This document shows, piece after piece, positions 25,948 to 39,186 of a stretch of DNA of 64,000 nucleotides. Source of the stretch: Pseudogymnoascus verrucosus. Its lineage: Eukaryota. The stretch lies in NCBI GenBank assembly GCA_001662655.1, contig KV460209.1; one strand, written 5' to 3'. Positions within the stretch are counted from its first letter, which is position 1, and each line of letters begins with the position of its first letter. The notes beneath the pieces are model-generated. The model did not search any database and was not told where the DNA came from. It saw only the letters and a list, made by a program, of their open reading frames with translations. Both the position numbers and the translations under genes were made by a program.

Positions 25948-27614
25948 ATGTTGGTTAGTGGTGTTGGTGGTGTTGGTAGGGTTAGTAGTGTTAGCAAGTG
26001 GGTGAGGTAAGGGGATGGTGGTGCTGGGATGGGGGAGGGAGAGTTTTGTGCTGGGATGAGACGGGGTTGGGGGAGATGAGGATGTTGGTGCTGGGAGTGG
26101 TAGTGACAGCGGTGGTGGTGCTGGTGACAGGACAGTGGTGGTGGTGGCTGCCGCTGATGGTTTTTGTTTTGCCTGTTAGAAGGTTAGAGTGTTGTGGTTG
26201 GATGGATGTGTGGATCTCGTCGTCGCTGAGTGAAGGAGATGGCTCCGAAGGCGGGCCGGCCGTTGAATGGATTTAGAGGTGAGTGAGGTGACTGGGTAGG
26301 CGGCGAATGACTGATTGATTGATTGATTGCTGCCAAGGAGAGTGATTTGAGTTCATCTTCACGCGTTGTGTGTGTCTTGTGTCTATCATGTCTATCCTGT
26401 CTGTGTGTGTGTCTGTCTGTATGCCTGTCTGTATGTCTATTTGTCTCTCTCTCTGTCTTGGATTTAGTAGTAGTTGTTAGCTTTAGCTTCAACATTATTT
26501 CACCTCATTCATTCTACCCTCCACCCTTCACCCTTCCCTCACTCACCCACCCTCCATCCCTTCCCTTCCCTCACCCCCCTCACCCCTGTGCTCACTCACC
26601 TCACACCCTCGCTCTCCCTTCACACACACCACCACATCATCCCTCCACACACACACACCACACCCTATCTGGCTACGTAACATCCCCATCTGGGTGTGTG
26701 GGATCCCGATTGGGGGGTGGGGGATCACGTTAGGAAGGGCTTGGGGTTCCGTATCGAGCATCAGCGGTAATAGTAGTACAGGTACTCCCTCTGTCTACCA
26801 CACAGATGATGGACTACCACAGAATTGTACACTTTTCTACCACTGTACGAATCGCACGATGACCACCTTACTTGGCCCTCTCACAGTACTGGATGTGCTC
26901 CATCGTATCAGACTGCATGTACTCTACTGCACGTTACGTTGTACATGCCGTATACATACTCTCTCTCTCACTCTCACTCTCTTTCCTCACTCTCCGAGCT
27001 GCAGTTACAGTACAGCTGCATTGCATAACAACGCTATCCCACTTTAAGCTGCGTCTCCCTCGCCGTTCTTTCCGTTTTGGGGACCCCTGCGATGGGATGC
27101 AGTTGATTGATGGGTGGTGTGTGGTGTGCGTGGTGTCTGGTGTCTGGGTGTGTCTGGATGTGTGTTGTGTTGTGTTGTGTTGTGCTAAGTTGTGGTCTTG
27201 TGTACAGAGTGAGGGATGTTGCTTCAGTGAGCCTTGTTGAGGGATGGACAGGTGGATGGGTGCATGTGTGTTGGGTGCATGTATATGTGTGTGTACGGTG
27301 GTGGGTGTGGTGATTGGATTGGATTAGATTGAATTGTACTAGAGTTATACGACTGTTACTGCCATTATACGATCTCTGCTGTTTACGATGTTACCGACTC
27401 CGTAGAACTTTTATTATTGTATTACACTCAATTCTACTCTACTCTACTCTACTCTATCCTCCTCTACTCACTCTACTACTCTATTCACATTCCACCACCA
27501 TAACCCATGTCCCCTCCAACACCCATCCCCCCCAACCGCCCATCCCTGCCCTTCCCGTACACTCCTGCGATGCACGGTACATCCCATCCCATCCATCCCA
27601 TTCCCCCATTCCCC

Positions 27615-27662
27615 CATCCCCGGCTCCATCCCCGGCTCCATCCCCGGCTCCATCCCCGGCTC
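27615..27662 (+). repeat. 12-bp tandem repeat (CATCCCCGGCTC) x4
   Basis: Four exact copies. Confidence 0.9.
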
Positions 27663-29799
27663 CTTCTCTCCCCGGTCCCATTCCCCCCTGGTCTATCCAA
27701 TCCACTACCCCCGTCGTCCGTTCAATCCACCCATCGACAACCGACCAACCCATCGTGCACATCCACACATCTACATCCATCCACATCCGCACATCCACAT
27801 CCGCGCCGCCCACATATCCCCATCGGTCATCGGTTCATCGCGCTCCCATGTACGTATTTTTTCCCATCTCACACACCCCTTGCTTCATCCCTGCACGTCA
27901 GTTTTTTACATACTCTACGCAAAATGGCTTACTTGACTAGTATTTTTCTGTTATGCTCGACGATACGATACGATGCGATGCGATACTTTGTGGTCTATGT
28001 ACCCCCCTGCGTACCTCTCTCCCGTGATTTCGCTGATCGCTACTGCCAACTCCAGCTACTAATATACAATTCCGATACTATTGGAATATTTGCCCATCTC
28101 CTTACTCTAGTTGTACTTGTTAACTCTTCTGTATTGGCACACTGTACCCACCACACTCCTGCTCTACTCCCACTCCCCTCTGTCTCCCCTTCCACCCCCC
28201 CTTCTACTCCCCTCCCACTCCCTAATCCTGCCTGTTTCTGACTTTCTTCCCTCTATTCCTCTCACTCTCACTATCCCACACACACACCACCACTATCATC
28301 AATTGGTATATCCACTACCTACACCACCACCTACACCACCCCCCAGATCCTTCCCCCCTCACCCCCCCTCCCCTCCCCTCACACCCCTCCCATCCCATTC
28401 TATCCTATTCTCACCCCCTGCTTCCTCCCCTTCCTCATCCATCTACCTCCACCTTAACTTCCTCCACCTCAACTTTCCCCCTCCCCTCCACCCCTCCCCT
28501 CCCCCCCCAAGAAACTCAACTCCACCTACCCACTTCTAGCGGTTACTCTTGCTTCTTGTGCCTTGCTACCTCCCTTTCTGTACCCGACATGGGTTTGTCC
28601 TCCGCCTCAACATGGGTTTATGCCTTTTACTATGTACTTCCCTTCCACCTCCACCCACCCACCCCGGTACCCAGCTACCTCCCACCGGTACTTGATCTAC
28701 TTTGGGTTACATGGATATCCACCCATCTCCCCACCATCGGCCTCCACCCCCCCCATGCCCCATGCACACCCATGCACCTTCTCTCCTCCTCTCAACCTCT
28801 TGTCTGCTTCTCACCAATCCCATAAAGATAAAGATGTCTAGCCGTTATGGTTCTTATTTACCTTTCCTCCGCCCTCTCCGTCAAACCAAATCCCAAAGCT
28901 CAACTCCATCTCAGACCTGAGGAAGAAGGAAAAACCCAAACCTTAATACAAAACACAACAACACACAACATATAACACCCAGACAGCCGTGCGCCTAACT
29001 CCTCGCTGCCGCCGCCGTCTTCTCACTTCCTCACTTCAGTCCTTCACTCACGTCTTCTAACTTCACAACCACCAACACCAACACCAACCACCCTGGCCGA
29101 AAACCAAAACCACACATAAGCAAGCTATTTTTACATCCCCCACGGGAAGACCAACGAACGCCTGCTCCCGCTTCGCACCGACATGTTCGTTCGTGCTTGC
29201 CCTACTCACACCTGCTCCTGCCGCGAACTGGTTCACGCCGCCAGGCTACCTGCAGCTTCATCTTCCCCGGTCCGCTTCTTCGGAGTGATCGCGTCGCGCC
29301 AGATCTAGATTTGTTATTACCCACGCTTATATCTGCCGTCTTCAGCGAGAGAGCCTACTTACCTTGGTACGTGCCCATCCGGAACAGTTCATTTATTTTT
29401 GGGATGGAGTCTGGGACTCGCGGAATATGAAACGCGCCGCGAGATGGGCCCTCCCAGTCTTTCCTCAATTTCTCAAGTCGATCGATGCCTCTCCCCAACC
29501 CCAGCCCCGCTGGTTCGCTCGATGCCGGCGAGGGCGACGGGATCTTGACACCCCCCGGCTAACCCATGAACCGCCTCTTAGATTAATATCCTCTCACACT
29601 CACTCACTCTTTATCCTCTCACAGTTCCCGAGACCGCGTTTCCTCCTAAGCTCGGAAACCCCGGCAAGCCTTACCGCTTCTCGTCGCCGCCGCCGTCGCT
29701 ACCGCCGCTGTTCAAAGGAATCCTGGATCAGGGCTGCATGAACCTGTCTCGGACTGTGTTCGCCGATATCTGCCGCTTCGCAAGACGAGTTTTTTTCCT

Positions 29800-29805
29800 T
29801 ATAAA
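29800..29805 (+). promoter_or_regulatory. Probable TATA box of medA
   Basis: TATAAA followed by a CT-rich, ATG-free leader of ~285 nt up to the candidate start. Confidence 0.5.
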
Positions 29806-30090
29806 GGAGAGCGTCTCTATCTCGTTTGCTACTTGGATTTAGATCTGCTGCTGTGTCTCCTTTTTCTTCGACGGCAATCTTACTCCTTTTTACTTACTTC
29901 GCACCGACTCATCTCGGGTGCGCGCTGTTGCGAAAGAAACTACTCCTACCGACATATTAATATCTTTGGGGATTTCTCTTGGGTCTCATAATATTTACTT
30001 ACGAGCTGCGATTGCGACTCTGAAAATCTAGCACTTATAATTTTTTCGAGCAACACTCGACTTCTCACCATTACCTCTTCAACCGCAAAA

Positions 30091-32704
30091 GTGGCATTCT
30101 CAACCTACACAACCGTTGAGGTGAGTCTAACTTCTCACTCTCATACACTGATTTGTCCTACGACGTCAATGCAGAAAAGGCTGCTTGTTTTGATAACATT
30201 TAACTAACCCCTGCATTTATAGCCCGGGTTTCATTCGGCGACCCCAGTCATCGTCGACGAAGCATACGAATCACCGGAGACGGTCACACTCAGATACGAA
30301 GAGGCTTGCGCGGGAGGTCCTATAGGCAGGTCGGACTCCCTCTCGGGATTCCTTCCCATGTCTGCCTTCGGGAAGCCCCCGCCTTCACACCTTCAAGGTA
30401 TGTTTGTACACCCTCCACGCACCCTCACTTTATAAGCAGCCACACCTCCACGGGTGCATGTGCCGATACTCGTTCACGTGAGGCTGGATCATCAAAAGTC
30501 TACAATGCTAACATATCTTCTAATCAAGGATTTGATGCATCTCGATCATTCTCCGATCCCGCCTACGCCTACCCTGCTGCGCCACAACATGCATCGCAAC
30601 CCCCCCCTCATGCATCGCCGTTCCAAAATGCACCCGAGATGGCGCAGGTGAGCTACGGCAGTCATGCGACGCGCGGTAGTTACGATGAGCAGCAGGCCGG
30701 CTCCTACGCGCCCTTCAACTCTAACCCGACCCCCGCGTCGATCCGCGTCACGTCGCGTCAACCCCCGCGAGGCCTGCCGGGCTCCAAACTCGACGTCTAC
30801 GTGGCGTCCGTCTACGAGCTCATGACGACAAGCCTCGAATCCATCTTCCTCATGTTCGGGCAGCAGAAGTGCCAGGCTTCGCTCATGCGATATGAGCAGC
30901 AGAGCAGGGACTACCAGTATATCGTCTCGACTGAGGTGCCGCAGATTGCGGTCGAGGCGTGGGAGTCGGCGGAGATGCCGCTGTTTCTGCTGATTGAGAA
31001 TGCAGAGGGCGAGCTCATGGAGAAGGTCGATGTTGGGCCGTTTACATATGAGAGGGGCAGGCTGGGAAGCGATGCCGAGTCGTTAAAGAGCACTGAGCGG
31101 TCGTCGTCGCTGGTGATGAAGCCACAAGAGGATTTCTCGACTTACTCATATCTGCCTTCGGATAACTACTCGCCGCAGGTCCAATATGGCGCGTATGAGG
31201 GGATTCACTCCCAGCAGTTTGGGCGTGGGAATTCCATGTATCAACCCTCGCCGCCTGGCAGAGGCATGTACCAATATTCGTCTGGATCGCCTTCCTCCGC
31301 CATCAAGGCAAGGTCTAATCAGATTCCGACGTGGGCTTCTTCGTACAGGAATGGAAGTTCTGACGGCCACCATAACCAGGGGATGCCCGGACGGACATCG
31401 CTCCCGTCGATCTCGCCGAGCCCACTGTTGGTGAGGACGTCGACGATTGATCAGAACAGAAATAACGCGGGTGTCCCGATGAACGCATCTGGGTCTTACT
31501 ACCACCAGGCGATGCACCCGCTCGCCGTCATTCTCAACCTCCACAACGACCTTGATTCCATGGGCCGCCTGAACACATGGTCGACGGAGGAGATCCAGTC
31601 GAGACGGCGAATCCTGCAATTCAAGCGCTCGCAGTCCGGCAACACGATCAACATCCGCGTCAAGCCCGTGATGCCCGAGGAGCGCCAACAGCACTCCATC
31701 TGCATCAGCTGCATCCTGTGGGAGGACAAGAACCAGTGCTTCGTGACGAGCGTGGACACGATCTACCTGCTCGAGTACATCATGGCGCAGAAGTTCCAGA
31801 CGGAGGAGAAGAACCGCATCCGTCGCAACCTGGAGCACTTCAAGCCGCTGACGGTCAAGAAGCCGATCCCGGATAAGTATGACGAGACAAACGCGTTCTT
31901 CACGGCGATCATGGGGTTCCCGCAGCCGAAACCGAGGAATATCGAGAAGGATATTAAGGTTTTTGCGTGGAAGAGCTTGTCGAACGCGTTGAGGAAGATT
32001 ACGTCAAAATACGTAAGTTCCATCACTCCACCATAATCACTGATTTCGCTAACACGTCACAGTCCGTCAAATCCGGCTCTTCCCAACCCCAAGCCTCGCT
32101 CCCACCCCCAACCCTCCTCACGCCAGCAAGCTCAACTGGCTACGGCGATAACTCCACAACAGCCTACGGCCAACCCACCGACCGCAACGGCATGTTCTCC
32201 CCCCGCTCCTCCACGCGCTCTATGTCCGGCGCCTCAACCCACCCACCCCCCTTCGCCGGCATCCCCGCCCGCCTCAACTCCCCGCCTTACAACCACCTCA
32301 ACCCCATCAAAGGCGACATCAACCACAACAACAGTGCGGCGCCGCCAAACCTCCCCTTATTCGCCGACAACACCACAACCAACCATTCCTCCCACGGCGC
32401 GGGTACAGGAGCGCAGTGGTCCGCACCAACACAACACCACATGCCCGCCCCCCTCCAGCAATACACCCCGCGCTCATCGTGGGATCTCACAGCTGCCGCG
32501 GCGGGGGGGTACGCGGATCCCGCGGCGCAGGCGCAGGGGAGTGCGGTGGGTGGGGCTGTTACTGCTGCGGGGGGGATGCCGAGTGTCTTGCAACGACCGC
32601 CGACGACGCAGATGCCGCTTTCGCCGCTGAGGAGTAGGGGGGGTCTCGAAGAAGTGGGGGCAAAGGAGGAGAGGAGGGGAAGTCTGCAGGCGCTTCGGTC
32701 GTAG
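30091..32704 (+). CDS. medA: Developmental regulator Medusa (MedA/ACON-3/ACR1/REN1 family); join(30091..30120,30223..30397,30529..32012,32063..32704); first ATG at 30358, candidate GTG start at 30091
   Basis: Conserved domain WSTEEIQSRRRILQF...ICISCILW...FVTSVDTIYLLE...EEKNRIRRNLE.FKPLTV...IMGFPQPKPRNIEKDIKVF.W; splice sites keep the frame. Confidence 0.9.
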
Positions 32705-35073
32705 GTGACTGACGTTCCGGGATTTGGATTTGATCGACCACCACTACGACAGCGTGCGGGACGATGCGGGTTCGATTCGCTATGGTACGACGATGAAGAT
32801 GTGAGAATTAAAGTCGACAAAACGGTGGTGGTGGGGCGTGTAGTCATGCGGCCCAGTCAGATCCCGTTGCTAGCCCACTAGCGTGGTGTGACCGACCAAT
32901 CAGAGGGAGTGTGGGTACACCACCCTTCTTGCTGGGGACGGGGGCACGCGCGCGAGCCCTGGATGCACCCTTGGGGATTATATGGGAGGTAGGGTGGTCT
33001 GGGGCGGTCGATGAGGGGTAGGAGGCTCGTATCGGGGGTGTGTGCCGGTGGAGATGCAGATGCCGGTTGGGGTATGTGGGTGGGCTTGGCGCTGGGGAGA
33101 GGCTTGAGAGGCTTGGGGTGAAGTGTGTGTGTGTGTTTAAATTCCTTATTAGAGGAATGGCGTATGTATGGATGGGCATATCAGTGGGATCGGGGATCGG
33201 ATGGGATAATAGGGGGGAGACAGGGAAAGGATAGGAAGGAATGGGAAGGCGTTTTGATTTCTCTTTGGCCTTGGCTTTTTGAGCCTGGCGGTGGGTTTTG
33301 GAATGGAATGGGATATACCGGTATTCGGATAACTGGGATGGGATGGAGGAGAGTCTGTACTATCATATTACATCACTGTGCATTTTGGCGTTTTTCTTGG
33401 GTGTGTTCTTTTTGTTTTCTGTGGGTGGGGGGGATGTGTGTGTTTTTATGAATTGGATCATGGGATGGGTATGGGGATGGGGTGGGCGGTTATATCACGG
33501 ATTGGACGGGATGGGGTGGGAAAGTGTCTGCGAGTTTATACGGGGTTGTTGTTACTGTACTGTGGATCTGGATGGGATGGACTGGGGGGGGTTTATAAAA
33601 AAATAATCGGCGGGGGGATGGGCGGGGGAGAGGGGAGAGACATACAGTATATGCTTACGTTACTTACTTAATACCTTTTGTGTTTGGATTTTGGTCTGCG
33701 GTTGTGGCTTGTAGGTGTTTTGTACTAAATAGTTTGTTTAAAATGTTTTTTTTATATAGTCTGCTGGGATGGATGGGATGGGATCTGGGATGTGAAGGGG
33801 ATGAGGGGGAAGAGAAGGGGGGTTCGGGGAAGGACGGAAGGGATTGGGAGGGATGGAGAAGGGATGGGAAACGGATGGGGGATGTTGTTTTAGATACCCC
33901 TCCAACCACCACCTTGCGTGAGGGTGTGTGTGTTTGATTAGAATATTAATTGTCTGTTTAACTATCCTCTACTGCTGTCTGGTATATTATCTATTTAATC
34001 TCTGTGGGTTGTGAAGGGGGTGTGAGGGGTTTATTTCTTTTCCACGCTGTCTCCCTGTCTGTAGATGCAGATGTAGGTGTAGATGTGTGTGGATGGAGAT
34101 GTGCAGATGTGTGTGGATGGGAATGTATGTGTATAATGATTTGGAAGGAGGTGTGTGTGGGGGTATTGTAGATGGGCTTGCATATGCGAGTGACAATGAC
34201 AGTGACAGTTACAGGGCCGACTAGTGTGCTGTGCTGTAAATGCAGAGGAGGGGCTGAAACGGGGGGGGAAGTGCTGAGTCAAGATGCATATCTGCAGTAC
34301 ATGTCTGCAGTCTCATCAAGGCCAGAAGGGTGGATGTCCAGGGCTGACGACAGAAGAAGTCCCGCAGTGGCAGTGGCGTTGATGGGGCTGAAATTCTCAA
34401 GGCGGGAGTGGAGAAGGGAAATCGGAGACTGAGACATGGCGCGGAGGGAGAGGCTGGAAGAATAGTGATCGCCGTGATGGACGGCGGTCAGTCGGCCATA
34501 AGGGGGGAGATGGATTGGATACTGGATACTGTAGTTGATTGATTGATAGATGGAAAGGAAGGAAGGCTACATACACCACGCCATACCACACCACACCACT
34601 ATCCACTCCTCCACCCCTCCACTCCTCCACCTCTTCCACTTCGCTCAACAAACCAACCCTGCACAGTCTAAGGTAGCTGCCTGCCAAACGCAAACGCACA
34701 CAGACCCCCAGCTTCAGCCCCTCACACTTGCCACCGACGAATGAGTAAAACTGGAAAGACGAACAAACGGATGGACGGCTCCTCTCCCATGCGTCAGCTT
34801 GTGACGTTACTGCACTGTACCAAGGTAGCGTTGGGGGCTGAAGACTGATGGTACTGTCGAAGCGGGTGCGTACAGGTAGTGTTGCATGGGTTTATGCGCG
34901 GCCGTTTGGTAGTAGTAGCGTGGGTTTGTAGTACTAGTAGCACCCCACAGTGACGATAAGGATGGTGAGAGTAGCAAAGGGGGGGGTGGGGTGGCGGTGT
35001 TGAGTAGTTGGGGAAGAGGTAGATGTTGAGTGAAGGAAGGAGGGAAAGGGATGGCGGCGATGAATGAAGCGGT

Positions 35074-37102
35074 TTATTTCCCAGCGTCTTCTTTGAGAGA
35101 GACGATGCGGTTGAGGATTGTGTGCTCGGGCGTGCTGTCGCTGTCCATGGCGAAGTATGCGACCTGTTTGTAGCGGTTAGCGCTGGTGTTTAGAGGGGGA
35201 TTCAACGAGGGACGATGGGAAATAAGGCTGTTAGGATAGTAGACCGGATATCAGACGAAACTGAGATGGCGGGGGATAGATAGACAACAAACAACAAAGA
35301 AAAAAAAAACATACCCTCATCCCCTGAAACCTCACCGTCTCCGGTCCCCCCTCACCCAACTTACTCTCCCCCGTCTCCTTCGCCTCCGGCCACGGCGCCC
35401 GCTTCCTCACCTCCTCAAACCCAGGCTCCACAAGCGCATCCGCATAAATCGTCTCGCTCTCCGGGTTAACATCCTTCATGAACCCTCCCTCCACATCATC
35501 CGGCTTCTCGCTCTTAAAGAGCTGGTTATACATCCTCACCTCCACCTTGCACGAGTCCTCCGGCACCCACTGGATATAAGTTTTCGGCTTCGCGCCGCTG
35601 CGGTCATATTCCGCCGAGACAGAGGCGACTGTCTTTCCGTCCTCTGCGAGCGTGAAGGATGTGCATTTGATAGGGAATGGGAGCTGGAGCAGGCCAACGG
35701 ACTTTCCAGGCGCGAGACGGAAGTATCCCTTGCTGTCCTCGGTGCGAAAGTCGGAGGCATCGATGAACACTGTCTTGGTGAGGTGGAGGGTGTGTGTGCC
35801 CATCGCGGCGTCCTTGGGGGAGAAGGGGATGACGAGGTCGGTGGGCTCGGCGTCGCTGATCTCGACGCGGAGGGGTGTCAGGACGAGCATTAGGCGCGGG
35901 ACGGAGCGCTCGAGGTAGCGGCGCACGGTCTGGTCGAAACGCGCGAGCTGGATGGTGGTTCCTGCTGTCGTGACGCCGAGTTCGTTGACGAATTCGAGGA
36001 TGGCTCCGGGGGGGACACCGCGCCTGCGGATGCCGATCAGGGTGTACAACCTCGGGTCGTTCCAGCCGCGGACGACGCCTTCGTTTACGAGGCGCGCAAT
36101 CTTGCGCTTCGAGAGGACGGTGCCGGAGATGCTGAGACGGCCGTACTCGCGCTGCATGGGCTCGTATACTTCGAGGGACTTGTTGAGCCATTCGTAGGAG
36201 ACGCGGGATTGGATGAACTCGGTCGTGCAGAGGGAGTGGGAGATGCCCTCGAAGGAATCGCACAGGCCGTGCGTGAAATCGTAGGTGGGATAGATCTTCC
36301 ATGAATCCCCCGTGCGGTGGTGCTCTGCGTCGAGCACGCGGTAGGCGGCCAGATCCCACATTTGTGGGTTCCCGTCCGTGATGTCCTGCTTCATGCGCAG
36401 GAAGGCGGTCTTGGGCGCGTACTTGCCGGCGCGCATCGCGCGGAACTCGGTGAGGTTGGTTTCAATATCACGCTCGGCGTGCTCGCAGCGGTAGCGTGGC
36501 CTCTTGCCCTCGTCGCCACGCTGGAGCTTGATCTCTGTGTCGGAGCAGTGGCACACGTAGGCTTTTTCGCGGCGGATAAGCTCTTCGGCGAGTTCGTATA
36601 GGCGCTCGAAGTTATCGCTCGAGTGAGTGATCTTTGCGGGTGTGAATCCGAGCCATGAAATTATCTCCTTGATCGCGGTGAAGTAGACCTCCTCCTCGGC
36701 CTCGGGGTTCGTATCATCGAAACGCAGGTTGCATTGACCTCCGTGGAAACGCGCAAATCCAAAGTTGATAGCGATAGCTTTTGCGTGTCCAATGTGGAGG
36801 TATCCGTTTGGCTCTGGTGGGAAACGGGTGTAGACATCCTTTACTGGGCGTTCCTTGTAGACACGATCGAGGAATCCTTCTTTGAAGATGGCGTTGATGT
36901 CGACTGGGACGTCCTCCTTCTTCTCGGCGGCAGGTTTCGGAGCCGCTGCCGCCTTTGTAGGAGCTTCACTCTTGGCCTTAGCCGTCGCTGCTTTCTTTGC
37001 CCGCTTTGCTAATCTCTTCTTCAGCTCGCCCTTCGAGACCATGTCCCCCGTCTCCTCATCGAGCTGGAGTTTCGCCGCTCCTTCTGTAATTGCGTCCGCC
37101 AT
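35074..37102 (-). CDS. GLN4: Glutaminyl-tRNA synthetase; 1 intron near the 3' end
   Basis: TRFPPEPNGYLHIGHAKA, RFDDTNP, YPTYDFTH, SHSLCTTEF, VLSKRK, WNDPRL; ends ILNRIVSLKEDAGK. Confidence 0.97.
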
Positions 37103-37480
37103 GACGTCAATAGCTCGGTATAATCGTTACGAAGTGTGTTGTTGTACCAAAAATGCGTGCTGACAACCCAGAATAGTTCTGCGACACCTGTTGTGAGATT
37201 TTTTGTTTGAGCGACGTTGACTTGCTTTATCGGTGGGACCCCTCGTTTGTTGACTCAGAAATGTTCTAACGATTTCATTGCCCCGCGCTTCAGCCTTATC
37301 GCTCGATACGCGAACGAGATAAGATTGCCGCGCCCTTACTTGCACGAGCACGGACCTAAATGGACTGTACCTTGGGGATTGTTATTGCCTAATTCGTCAG
37401 TTCATTATCGCTATTCTTTGTCGACCATTATTCTCTGTCTTATTCAACTTCGACTCAGAAAACTAATATTCCCCCCTTTG

Positions 37481-38459
37481 ATGTTAACATCGTATCTTTC
37501 CAAACGTTTATCCTCACTATCCTCAGCAGCCAAGATGGCCACCCAAGTCTCTGATATTCCAACTGTTGCGCAACTATATCAGCTCAAGAAGCTCTCACCC
37601 CCAGCGACCGAGACTGGCACTTCCGTAACGCCATCGGAGGCCCTCAACAATAAGGTTTCCATTTTTCGTGGCAATATCACGAAACTCCAGGTCGATGCTA
37701 TCGTCAATGCAGCCAACAAGTATCTGGCCGGAGGAGGCGGTGTCGACGGAGCAATTCACGCTGCAGCCGGCCCCGGCCTCTTGCAGGAATGCAGCACTCT
37801 AGGCGGATGTAAAACTGGCAGTGCTAAGATTACTGGTGCTTATGAGTTGCCTTGCAAGAAAGTTATTCACGCCGTTGGTCCAGTTTACTCCAGATCAGAG
37901 CGTGAAAAGAGTGCTCAGTTGCTAGCTAGCTGCTACACGACTAGCCTCCAGTTAGCAGTTGACAATGACTGCAAGAGTGTTGCATTTAGCGGTATCAGTA
38001 CTGGTGTTTACGGCTACCCAAGCCAAGATGCTGCGTCTGTTGCAACTAAAGCAGTGAGAGGGTTCCTGGAGGGTGCTTCCGGAGATATGATTGACAGGGT
38101 CATTTTCTGCACATTCGAGATGAAGGATGTCAATGCATACAACGATTGGGTTCCGTAAGTCGCTTTATTTAATGTTCAAGTGGGATTTACTGATATAAGA
38201 CAGCCGTGTTTTTCCACCAGCAGGGCAAGATTTGAAGGGAGGAGACCAGGCCAACGAGAGCAAAGAGACTGAAGACAGCGACAAAGCTGAGAAAGCGAAG
38301 GTTGTTGAATCCGGAGGTGCAGCTATCGGTGGTGCTTCTGGAAACGTTGCTGGTTCCCAGACAACCGTCGATGACCTTCCAGAGGTTCCAAAAGCAGAGC
38401 CATCGACGGGGGACGGGCCAGAACCAAAGAGGCAGAAGCAGGAACCATCAGACCCATAG
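37481..38459 (+). CDS. Macro-domain (MacroD/LRP16-like) ADP-ribose hydrolase; intron 38155-38203; alternative ATG at 37535
   Basis: GNITKLQVDAIVNAAN...GGGGVDGAIHAAAGP...VIHAVGP...AFSGISTGVYGYP. Confidence 0.93.
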
Positions 38460-39024
38460 GAAATTGCCGCGAAATGGATTCATTCTTGGAAATGACTAAA
38501 GCTAGTAGTTTCAGGATCCAATATGATCATTCTGGTGCGTTTGGAAAAGCGTAGGAGGAAGGGGGGGGGGGGGTAGAAAGCCTATTGTGGCCAGGGCAAT
38601 AGACGTGGACAATAGTTGCAGTTATCAACTAAAACATGCTTCATCGATAAAAGTGTGCCTATCTTCTTCAGTCCCCAAATTGACCCAAATGAATATTATG
38701 CTATGATATCCTACAATTCAAGCGACTGCATAGCCAGGCTTACCGTTTTGTTTTCCCGCCTTCGTTGTTTTCACGACCAAACCCGGACGGGCAGCCTGGT
38801 AAAAAGCATAGTTTTAGCAACCTGCATACCATTCATCCCGAAACTCCCTGCGGAATAAATTTAATAACCCACATGCATTTTCGTGATTATATCTCATAGT
38901 TATCAGCTTGAATCAGATAAATGGCGTGGATGGTAGGGGTCTTATGAGTCCCCAGACTCCCAACTGTGGGGAAATTGCGTGGGGCGGACCGTTGTGCGGG
39001 GTATTGGGGTGAGATCCAGCCGAG

Positions 39025-39066
39025 CCGAGGAGCCAAGGCCCGTCATATCGAAAGCTATTACCGAGG
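39025..39066. promoter_or_regulatory. Two CCGAGG (= CCTCGG) FarA/FarB-type sites upstream of the crotonase gene
   Basis: CCGAGG at 39025 and 39061, 120-160 nt before the ATG. Confidence 0.5.
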
Positions 39067-39186
39067 GAGGAGCTTCAAGACCAACCAGTATCGCCAATTC
39101 AGTGTCTTGAATTTTGAAATCGCTGTCTGCTTCAACTCTCACAGCTTCATATTCACCGATACAACAAGAATCTCCCTCAATTAACC

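Noticed and set aside
22823..27662. Tandem repeats considered as a CRISPR-like array
   Set aside because: No unique spacers, eukaryotic context; simple minisatellites
26300..28560. Several 100-240 aa Pro/His-rich ORFs
   Set aside because: Arise from pyrimidine-rich simple repeats; no gene structure
30306..30528. ORF-track start of the 576-aa medA ORF at TTG 30306
   Set aside because: It reads through intron 30398-30528; the true upstream exon is in another frame
37103..37130. Possible non-AUG mitochondrial extension of GlnRS
   Set aside because: In-frame TAA nine codons upstream of the ATG
37217..37480. 88-codon extension of the macro-domain ORF from a TTG
   Set aside because: Lies in the short bidirectional promoter shared with GLN4; no initiation context or protein-like features
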